Position numbers and translations under genes: made by a program. From contig NC_010546.1 in assembly GCF_000017845.1 (NCBI RefSeq), positions 3,210,001 to 3,242,000 on the forward strand: a DNA stretch of 32,000 bases. Direction: 5' to 3'. Below the pieces are notes generated by a model. That model was not told where the DNA came from, made no database searches, and was given only the letters and a program-made list of their open reading frames with translations. Shown here piece by piece: positions 18,377-25,049 of this stretch. How positions within the stretch are numbered: position 1 is the first letter of the stretch; each line of letters opens with the position of its first letter. This DNA is from Crocosphaera subtropica ATCC 51142. Lineage in GTDB: Bacteria > Cyanobacteriota > Cyanobacteriia > Cyanobacteriales > Microcystaceae.

Positions 18377-18580
18377 TTGCCAACAGTAGAACAAGCGTTA
18401 AGCTGTGTAAGAGTTTGTCAAATGTTATCAAATCTCTATCAGCAAATTTATTTATTTCGCTATGATTCAAACTATAAAACTATTTTTATTTTGGCTAGAA
18501 ATGACAACAATGAAGAATTACAAATTGTGATTTTTGCTAATGGAATTTGGAGGTTTATTGATGACGAAACCCAACTATAG
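18377..18580 (+). CDS. Small conserved-looking hypothetical protein (first of an overlapping pair)
   Basis: 67 aa with a TTG start. MPTVEQALSCVRVCQMLSNLY... resembles a small cyanobacterial family that I recall occurring as a pair with the next gene. There is no functional motif. Confidence 0.4.
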   Translation: MPTVEQALSCVRVCQMLSNLYQQIYLFRYDSNYKTIFILARNDNNEELQIVIFANGIWRFIDDETQL

Positions 18581-18752
18581 AAATATGACCCGTGCTGAAC
18601 TCAAAAAACACCTTTTATCGGACAGAAATAACCAGGAAGCTTGGGAGATTTTCTTTGAAAAGTTAAGTGATTTAGATCAAAATACAGGCCACTCTCCCGA
18701 TTTACCTCCAGAAGAAATGGAAAAAATTTTTAGAACAAAACTAAGTAACTAA
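18561..18752 (+). CDS. Small hypothetical protein (second of the overlapping pair)
   Basis: The ATG at 18561 gives MTKPNYRNMTRAELKKHLLSDRNNQEAWEIFFEKL..., an N-terminus I recognise as recurrent in cyanobacterial small proteins. It overlaps the upstream ORF by 20 nt. Confidence 0.45.
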   Translation: MTKPNYRNMTRAELKKHLLSDRNNQEAWEIFFEKLSDLDQNTGHSPDLPPEEMEKIFRTKLSN

Positions 18753-18775
18753 CCATATATCATTCCCTAAAACCT

Positions 18776-18988
18776 ATGACTGAACTGCTAGAAAAAGTCA
18801 TCACAGAACTCAAAAAACTTCCCCCTGATCAACAAGATGCTATAGCTTCTCGTTTAATGGACGAACTTAAATCTGTTACTAATAATAAGCAATTACGACC
18901 CTTTGGTTTATGTGCTGGAGAATTTACTGTTCCAGAAGATTTTGATGCTCCTTTACCCGAAGATATTCTTAACGCATTTGAGGGTTAA
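18776..18988 (+). CDS. Antitoxin of a VapC (PIN) module
   Basis: 70 aa. The N-terminal 32 aa match the ORF at 17719. The C-terminus GEFTVPEDFDAPLPEDILNAFEG has the DFDAPL motif typical of VapC-partner antitoxins. The stop overlaps the PIN gene start (TAATG at 18986-18990). Confidence 0.65.
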   Translation: MTELLEKVITELKKLPPDQQDAIASRLMDELKSVTNNKQLRPFGLCAGEFTVPEDFDAPLPEDILNAFEG

Positions 18989-19373
18989 TGAAAATTTTAC
19001 TTGATACCCATATTTTTCTCTGGTTTATTAGTGGTGATAATCGTTTATCAATAGATATTTGTAACTACATTCGTGATTCAGATAACGAAGTGTACTTAAG
19101 CGTTGTTTCAATTTGGGAGTGTATTGTTAAATATCAATTAGGTAAACTTCCATTACCAGAATCACCCGAAATTTATTTACCAAAACAACGTAATCGTCAT
19201 CAAATTATTAACCTCTTAATTTAGATGAAAAAAGTGTTACTCAATTAGCAAAATTACCATCCTTACATCGTGATCCATTTGATAGAATACTCATCTGTCA
19301 AGCTTTACAACATGATCTGACTATTGCAACGGTTGATAAGAAAATTCGTAAGTACCCAGTTAGGATTTTATAG
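18988..19373 (+). pseudogene. vapC: VapC-type PIN-domain toxin, disrupted by a 1-nt frameshift near 19215-19221
   Basis: Frame 1 gives MKILLDTHIFLWFISGD...SVVSIWECIVKYQLGKL..., then stops at 19222-19224. The PIN C-terminal half (LDEKSVTQLAKLPSLHRDPFDRILICQALQHDLTIATVDKKIRKYPV) continues in the -1 frame from 19221 to the TAG at 19371-19373. Together they give about 128 aa, a normal VapC length. Confidence 0.75.
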
Positions 19374-19508
19374 TGCGATCGCTCTCAACTTTTCATAAGA
19401 TAGTGAGATGGCCTATCTTGTCGGTTGGGTCGAAAAACGAAACCCAACAATCATCTAAAAATAAGCGATTGCGTGATCGCTTATTGTCTAGTGATCGCGT
19501 TATAATCA
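19369..19508. repeat. Inter-module spacer repeat, copy C (contains the hairpin at 19414-19455)
   Basis: Same block structure as copy B. It starts TATAGTGCGATC right at the end of the preceding toxin gene and ends in GTGATCGCGTTATAAT, with the -10-like TATAAT at 19500-19505. Confidence 0.7.
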
Positions 19509-19543
19509 AAATAAATTAACGAAAATAATTGTGATCTAAAGTG

Positions 19544-19765
19544 ATGACAGACTTATTAACAGAAGCATTTAAAAAAGCCCAGAATTTACCAGAAGATATA
19601 CAAAATGAACTAGCTAAACAATTAATCCAAGACATTGAAAGTGAATATCAATGGCAAGAAACTCTAGAACAACCTCAAAGTTCTTTTTTAGATGAATTAG
19701 CTAGAAAAGCCTTAAATGAATCATCACAAGGAAAAACCAAGAAAATAGGGTTTGATGAAATATGA
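19544..19765 (+). CDS. Antitoxin-like protein, same family as the ORF at 17719
   Basis: MTDLLTEAFKKAQNLPEDIQNELAKQLIQDIESEYQWQETLE parallels MTELLEKVITELKKLPPDQQDAIASRWMDELKDEQQWTEKFE. Its stop overlaps the ATG of a degraded toxin gene at 19762. Confidence 0.55.
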   Translation: MTDLLTEAFKKAQNLPEDIQNELAKQLIQDIESEYQWQETLEQPQSSFLDELARKALNESSQGKTKKIGFDEI

Positions 19766-19920
19766 AGTCAGAATTAACAGATGACTTCCTAAAATGTTTT
19801 GCTAAACTCCCCGAAACAGTTAAACAAACAGCACGAAAAAACTGAAAGAAAACCCAACACATCACAGTTTAGAGTTTAAGAGACTTAACACCAGAGAAAT
19901 TGTATATTCTGTAAGAGACT
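19762..19920 (+). pseudogene. Remnant of a RelE/ParE-type toxin gene (frameshifted and 3'-truncated)
   Basis: MKSELTDDFLKCFAKLPETVKQTARKN-stop. After a +2 frame shift it reads KENPTHHSLEFKRLNTREIVYSVRD, parallel to MKSSVTKTFRKQLNQLPETVQKQAEKAYKLWDQDPYHNSLQFKRVSQNQPIYSVRV of the intact copy at 17946. The conserved C-terminal half is missing. Confidence 0.55.
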
Positions 19921-19984
19921 GTTCCCTTTTCCCTCCCCAAAGAAGCTTCGTTTGAGCGAAGGTGCAAGATGTGAGTTAATCAAA

Positions 19985-20100
19985 ATTGTGAAGCAACAAT
20001 TTCACTGGTTTTAGTTAATGAAAGTGGAAAAAGGTAACTAATCACTGCGGTTATTGATACAGGATTTAACGGTTTCCTAACTTTGCTATTTACACTTACT
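19985..20100 (+). pseudogene. Possible remnant of a retropepsin-like aspartyl protease gene
   Basis: A short segment translates as (I)TAVIDTGFNGFLTL, containing the D-T-G active-site motif. It is preceded by ..LVLVNESGKK in another frame. There is no start codon and no full-length frame. Confidence 0.3.
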
Positions 20101-20114
20101 ACCCTACTACGGGT

Positions 20115-21137
20115 TTAATTTATGGCTTCATTGATGGCTATTTCTAATAATTCATTTAAAGAAATACCCTTTGCTTGGGCCATCATGGGAATAACACTTT
20201 TCGGGGAAAAAGAACAATATAAACCCGCTTCTAAAAACCAGGCTTGTCCTTGGGGATCGATACGAAAATCAAATAAACTATAATGACGACAACCTAACGC
20301 TTGATGACATTGTTTAGCTATCTCTTGAACCCGTCGAGTTGCGGGATCATTACTATCAACGATCCATGCTTTTTTCTTATCTTTGGCTGCATAAGTTAAT
20401 TCCCCTGCATCATCTTTTTTTAGTTTATCTTCATGGTTACGAATGGGATGATCTTTACTATTAACGGCATATTCTTCTAAGGGTAAACTAATTAATTCAC
20501 CGTTTTTAACAATGGTTCCACATCTCACTTCTCTGCCGAGTTCAATATATTCTTCTACTAATACTTGATCGGCATATTCAAAGGCTTTTTTTAACCCTGC
20601 TTCATATTCATCCATTGTTTTAACTAAGGTTACGCCTAACGAGTTATCGGAGTTATCAGGTTTAATAACCACCGGTGGCCGTAAGTTGAGGGTGTTACCC
20701 TGGCGTAAAAGTTCCCCGTAAGGCACTTTAACCCCCATTGAACGGACGATCGCTTTTGCTTTGGCTTTATTTGCGGTTAAGGCCATTAACTCTGCGGTAT
20801 TGCCCAAATAAGGGATGTTAAGGAGATCCAATAAACTGCGATACTGAGTCATGCCTGGAATACAAAACATTTGAGGTAAGGCTAAGTCGATGTTTTGTTC
20901 TGCGATCCATTGTATGGCTTGGGATAGGGATAAGGGTTTAGCCACACTAATGTCTTGGCGACTTAACGATGCAGGAAAACGCCACAAGCGATCGGGAGTA
21001 ATATAAGCAATAAAAAATCTATAGCGCAAGGGTTTTGCTGTTGCTGCAATACAGTCTTTAGCATAAAGACGAGATAAGTCGCAATAAAACTCATTGTCTG
21101 CTGAACCGACTAAATGCAGAATATTAAGGACTGACAT
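20115..21137 (-). CDS. mysD: D-Ala-D-Ala-ligase-like ATP-grasp enzyme, predicted MysD (amino-acid ligation onto mycosporine-glycine)
   Basis: 340 aa with the Ddl-like ATP-grasp layout: VVIKPDNSDNSLGVTLV, VLVEEYIELGREVRCG, FDFRIDPQGQAWFLEAG. It is the last gene of a co-directional cluster with the cyclase, the O-methyltransferase and the MysC-type ATP-grasp gene. Confidence 0.75.
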   Translation of the reverse strand: MSVLNILHLVGSADNEFYCDLSRLYAKDCIAATAKPLRYRFFIAYITPDRLWRFPASLSRQDISVAKPLSLSQAIQWIAEQNIDLALPQMFCIPGMTQYRSLLDLLNIPYLGNTAELMALTANKAKAKAIVRSMGVKVPYGELLRQGNTLNLRPPVVIKPDNSDNSLGVTLVKTMDEYEAGLKKAFEYADQVLVEEYIELGREVRCGTIVKNGELISLPLEEYAVNSKDHPIRNHEDKLKKDDAGELTYAAKDKKKAWIVDSNDPATRRVQEIAKQCHQALGCRHYSLFDFRIDPQGQAWFLEAGLYCSFSPKSVIPMMAQAKGISLNELLEIAINEAIN

Positions 21138-21198
21138 AGTTAAATCTCCTGATTAATAATATAGGGCAGGGGAAGCAGAGGAGGCAGAGGGGGAATAA

Positions 21199-22611
21199 TT
21201 ATGTTTTGAAAGAATATAGGCTACGATAAATGCCATAGACAGCCATTCCTGCAACCATACCGGGTAAGACTTCGTAGACGACACTGGATAGGTTTAAAAC
21301 TAAGTTCCAAGTCAAAGCGGTGGCGATACCAATAACCATCATGGCGATCGCAGTTATGGTATTAACAGGTTGTTGCCACACTTTCACCAGTAACAAGGGA
21401 CCCAACCCAGAGGCTAAGGCTGACCAAGCAAAGGTAACTAAAGCAAAGACATTATTATCTCCTGCTAAGGCTATGACTAAAATAACCGCAGTAACGGTTA
21501 ATGTGCCGATTTTAGCGAAATTATAAGATTGAGACATTCCAGGGAAAACGTCTTGAGTCAAGGCTGCAGAACAAGATAAAATTTGTGAGTCTGCAGTGGA
21601 CATGGTTGCAGAAAAAAGTCCGGCAAGGATCAAACCCACCAAAACAACCGGTAACAACTCCAAAGACAGATAGGGTAAGGCCAACTCTGGATCGCCAGAC
21701 GTTAGTAACTCAGGCAATAACACCCTCGCAGTTAAACCAATACCCAACGCAGAGAAAGAGTTAGTTAACCCTAAACTCAATTTTAAGTTTCTGGCGAAAG
21801 CAATATTTTTGGGTGAGTCAATAGCCATGGCCCGAACCATAATATGGGGTTGGCCGACAACTCCAAACCCAGCAACGATCCAACCAATAAGGAAAGGTAT
21901 GAAGCCTAACGGTAGAGACTGAGGGCTAAAATTGGTTAAATTTGGATCAATTTGCTTTAAAGATGCCCAAAGATTGGAAAAACCACCACATTGTATTATT
22001 GCGATCGCCAATAATAGCAACAAAGAACCCAACATTAAGATCCCTTGTAGGGCATCGGTCCAGATGGATGCACGAATACCACCAGAAAAGCAGTAAATGA
22101 CCACAATAACCGTCCCGACGATGATTCCTAGGTTATAGTTCCAACCAAACACCGCATTAAGGGCCTTACTACCGGCTACCAGTTGGGCTGCTGCGTAGGA
22201 ACCAAGAAAAATAATGGTAATAATGGCAGAAAATAGGGCAATTAAGCGATATCCTTTGATATTTTTGCCTAAAAAGCTCGAAACCGTATCCGATGCGGTG
22301 GCTTCAGACTGTTCTCTTAGGGGTTTAAAAACGAACAACCAAGCAAGATAATCGCCGATCGCCCAACCAATAATCAGCCATATAGCGGAAATGCCGATAT
22401 TATAAGCAAAACCCACTTGTCCGATGAATAATAAGCCACTTTGCCCCGTTGCCATAGCTGAGAGGGCAGTTAACCAAGGGTTAACCTGACGACTGGCTAA
22501 TAAATAATCAGTTGTAGTGGCTTGTTTTTTAGTAGCTGAATAAGTTCCTACTCCTGTAAATAACAGCAGAAAAAAGATAAAAGTTATGATGATGCCAATT
22601 TGATCAACCAT
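21199..22611 (-). CDS. Sodium:solute symporter family (SSF; PutP/PanF-like) transporter
   Basis: 470 aa, about 12-13 TM helices. SSF signature region VIVVIYCFSGGIRASIWTDALQGILML. Located between mysC (49-nt gap) and mysD (61-nt gap) on the same strand. Confidence 0.85.
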   Translation of the reverse strand: MVDQIGIIITFIFFLLLFTGVGTYSATKKQATTTDYLLASRQVNPWLTALSAMATGQSGLLFIGQVGFAYNIGISAIWLIIGWAIGDYLAWLFVFKPLREQSEATASDTVSSFLGKNIKGYRLIALFSAIITIIFLGSYAAAQLVAGSKALNAVFGWNYNLGIIVGTVIVVIYCFSGGIRASIWTDALQGILMLGSLLLLLAIAIIQCGGFSNLWASLKQIDPNLTNFSPQSLPLGFIPFLIGWIVAGFGVVGQPHIMVRAMAIDSPKNIAFARNLKLSLGLTNSFSALGIGLTARVLLPELLTSGDPELALPYLSLELLPVVLVGLILAGLFSATMSTADSQILSCSAALTQDVFPGMSQSYNFAKIGTLTVTAVILVIALAGDNNVFALVTFAWSALASGLGPLLLVKVWQQPVNTITAIAMMVIGIATALTWNLVLNLSSVVYEVLPGMVAGMAVYGIYRSLYSFKT

Positions 22612-22660
22612 TATTCTTTAGGGTTAGGATAATACCTTAAGTTCTGACTTTTGACTTCAT

Positions 22661-23986
22661 TTAATCGCCACCAATTTCAACTAATTTACCAATATTAAAG
22701 TCAATTTTTACCCAATTTTTAAATTTGAATAAATTTTGCAGTAATAATAAGCTAATTTGCCAATGGGGAACCATTAAGAAAGGTAGAGGATCATTGAATT
22801 GAAAAATTGCGTCAGTTCCTGTTGTAATTTTCTTGATCCAAGCTTGAAAATCAGATAAAGAACGAATTCCAGTTAACCGCCAAACTTCATGATATAGCCA
22901 ATAAGTCGGCTTACTATCAACTAAGGGAGTAATGGGTTTTTCTGCTTCATATCCATCATTAAGATAGGCATTTGCTACTTCTGGATGGTTATAAAACATG
23001 GTAATAGCAGAGTGTGTTCTGGGGTTACATTCAATGGGGTAAACGGTACCATCTTCAGACTGAATAAAATCGAAAGAAATTTGTCCAGTTAGGTTTAATT
23101 CTTTGACAAATGTTTCTACCCATGTATAAATTTCTGGTTTATCAATGTGTTCGTAATTTACCTGAAAATGAGAAGATTCTGAACAACAATCAAGTCTAAT
23201 TTTTCCCTTTCTAACGGTGCTGTGCGTGCAGTATTCCTTCCCTATAATAAATTCTTGCATTGTCCAGGGATTATCTTTAGTAATGGGTAAACTTTTAACG
23301 TACTTCTCCATTCCTTCAAAAGGAACTTTTGTCATATCTAAGCGAGAAACAGAGTCATATTTAATACTTTTTAAAAGATACTTTTTGCCTTGATTCTTTT
23401 CAAAGTCAAACTCTAATATTTCTTGAGGATCAGTTATTAAAAAAGCTTGGGGTGCAGATAACCCTAATACCTGTGCTTGTTTACATAATTCAAACTTATC
23501 ATCTAACATCTTTGTTGTGTCAGGTTCAAAGTGCATGATCTCACAATAAGAAGTCAGTAAAGTTCCGGCAACTGAATCATAATAACTAGCAACAGGACTT
23601 GATACAGGAATAAAAATATCAATGTTTTCTTTTTGAACAATATTTAATAGTCCTTGATAATAGCCGGCTGGATCTTTTTCTGGTGCGTCAACGGTATAAA
23701 ATCCTTTGACAGCATTAGAAAAACGATGTCCTGATAACCAATATTTATGGGTTTCTACTAAATGCACCTCATGACCAGCTTGATAAAAGCAACGGGCAAG
23801 CTGTAAAGCTTTGGTCATTTTCCCACCCGTCACAAGGACTTTTTTAGGATTTTTAGCTACTTTTTTTTGAGAAAATAAAGATGTAAACCAACCAATAATA
23901 AGAGACAATAAAACAATAGTTAGATTAATAGGAAAAGCTACTAAAAGCAATCCTAATGTGCCGATAGTTTTAAACAAAGCATTCAT
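22661..23986 (-). CDS. mysC: ATP-grasp ligase, predicted MysC (4-deoxygadusol + glycine -> mycosporine-glycine)
   Basis: 441 aa. A hydrophobic N-terminus is followed by KKVLVTGGKMTKALQLARCFYQAGHEV and an ATP-grasp core (ISFDFIQSEDGTVYPIECNPRTHSAI). Size and context match MysC. Confidence 0.8.
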   Translation of the reverse strand: MNALFKTIGTLGLLLVAFPINLTIVLLSLIIGWFTSLFSQKKVAKNPKKVLVTGGKMTKALQLARCFYQAGHEVHLVETHKYWLSGHRFSNAVKGFYTVDAPEKDPAGYYQGLLNIVQKENIDIFIPVSSPVASYYDSVAGTLLTSYCEIMHFEPDTTKMLDDKFELCKQAQVLGLSAPQAFLITDPQEILEFDFEKNQGKKYLLKSIKYDSVSRLDMTKVPFEGMEKYVKSLPITKDNPWTMQEFIIGKEYCTHSTVRKGKIRLDCCSESSHFQVNYEHIDKPEIYTWVETFVKELNLTGQISFDFIQSEDGTVYPIECNPRTHSAITMFYNHPEVANAYLNDGYEAEKPITPLVDSKPTYWLYHEVWRLTGIRSLSDFQAWIKKITTGTDAIFQFNDPLPFLMVPHWQISLLLLQNLFKFKNWVKIDFNIGKLVEIGGD

Positions 23987-24017
23987 TATTTTTCTAAAAT
24001 TCTATGATGAAGAGTAT

Positions 24018-24047
24018 TGTAGATGCAATTTATAAATTACATCTACA
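24018..24047. promoter_or_regulatory. 30-nt near-perfect palindrome in the mysB-mysC spacer
   Basis: TGTAGATGCAATTTATAAATTACATCTACA pairs 14 of 15 positions with its own reverse complement. It lies 31 nt upstream of the mysC start codon on the transcribed strand. Confidence 0.4.
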
Positions 24048-24160
24048 GGGGTGGTGGATAAGTAGGTAGATACAGTCCTCAGAAATAGCTAGATAGATTG
24101 CTTCGGGGTATTTTAAATAAAAGTTAAGGCTTACTGTTTATATTACCCCTCGCAATGACG

Positions 24161-24193
24161 ACAAAAGAATAATGAATAGATCAACAATTATTC
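24161..24193 (-). terminator. Terminator/attenuator-like hairpin just after mysB
   Basis: On the minus strand: GAATAAT, a 13-nt loop, ATTATTC, then TTTTGT. It begins 9 nt after the mysB stop. The stem is short and AT-rich, so it is weak. Confidence 0.35.
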
Positions 24194-24202
24194 ATGATTC
24201 AA

Positions 24203-25036
24203 CTATTTCCGTCGAATGAGGGTTAACCCATCGCGCAATGGTAATAATACCTGTTCAACACGATCATCATCCGCTACAAAACGGTTAAACTGGGCGATCG
24301 CTTCTCCATTAGCTGTCCGTTGTTGCGGTGGTAAATAGGGCTGTCCTTGCAACAGGGTATTATCCACGCAGATAATGCCCCCAGAAACTACTAAATTGCG
24401 CTCTAACAGCAGATTAAAGTAGTCGATGTACTCGGTCTTATCGGCATCAATAAACACTAAATCAAAGCATTCTTGAGCGTCTGCTAAGATTTTCATGGTT
24501 TCCAATGCAGGAGCTACTTTAATGTCAATTTTGTGACCATGATCTGACTCATCGAAACAAGAACGAGCAAAGTCAGCTACATATTGATCCACTTCGCAAG
24601 CGATAACGCAACCATCTTCTGGTAAAGCTTCGGCCATGGCTAAAGCAGAATAGCCGGTGAACATTCCCACCTCAAGGATATGTTTTGCACCCATCATAGA
24701 AACAAACAGCTTTAAGGTTTGTCCCTCAATATGACCGGACAACATTTCTTGTTCTAACTGACGTACGGTTTCCCCGTCAGAAAACCGCTTACTCCAGTCC
24801 TCTGTGGCCGTTTTTTGGGCTAAATTAGCTAAAGCTGTTGATTCTTCGGTGGTACAGTCATCTAGATAGGGATCAAGCCCCGATGCTAAGGCTTCCACCT
24901 CTTGTAAGGCGGTTAACAGAGAAGCAGAAAATGAAGAAGTTTCTGCTAATTTGCGGACATTTTCTAATTTTTCCACTAGAATGCCTAAAGGCGTGACTGG
25001 TCTAGCCGTTGGTGGAGTGGTTAATATTTGACTCAT
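24203..25036 (-). CDS. mysB: SAM-dependent O-methyltransferase (family 3, caffeoyl-CoA OMT-like), predicted MysB
   Basis: 277 aa. SAM-binding ILEVGMFTGYSALAMAEAL and FDLVFIDADKTEY motifs. It starts 13 nt downstream of the cyclase gene. Confidence 0.85.
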   Translation of the reverse strand: MSQILTTPPTARPVTPLGILVEKLENVRKLAETSSFSASLLTALQEVEALASGLDPYLDDCTTEESTALANLAQKTATEDWSKRFSDGETVRQLEQEMLSGHIEGQTLKLFVSMMGAKHILEVGMFTGYSALAMAEALPEDGCVIACEVDQYVADFARSCFDESDHGHKIDIKVAPALETMKILADAQECFDLVFIDADKTEYIDYFNLLLERNLVVSGGIICVDNTLLQGQPYLPPQQRTANGEAIAQFNRFVADDDRVEQVLLPLRDGLTLIRRK

Positions 25037-25049
25037 CTTTTAATCCCTC

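Noticed and set aside
17625-19455. Integron attC-like sites. The hairpin arms GTTGGGT and ACCCAAC fit the GTTRRRY / RYYYAAC core-site consensus, and the cassettes are TA genes as in superintegrons.
   Set aside because: The order is inverted relative to attC: GTTRRRY comes first and the two cores are separated only by a 9-nt loop, instead of flanking a 50-130-nt imperfect palindrome. No extrahelical-base architecture is evident, and there is no integrase or attI in the window.
7138-19455. The four hairpin repeats considered as a CRISPR-like array.
   Set aside because: The spacing is irregular (hundreds to thousands of bp) and the intervening sequence is protein-coding. The repeats themselves vary, and there are no cas genes.
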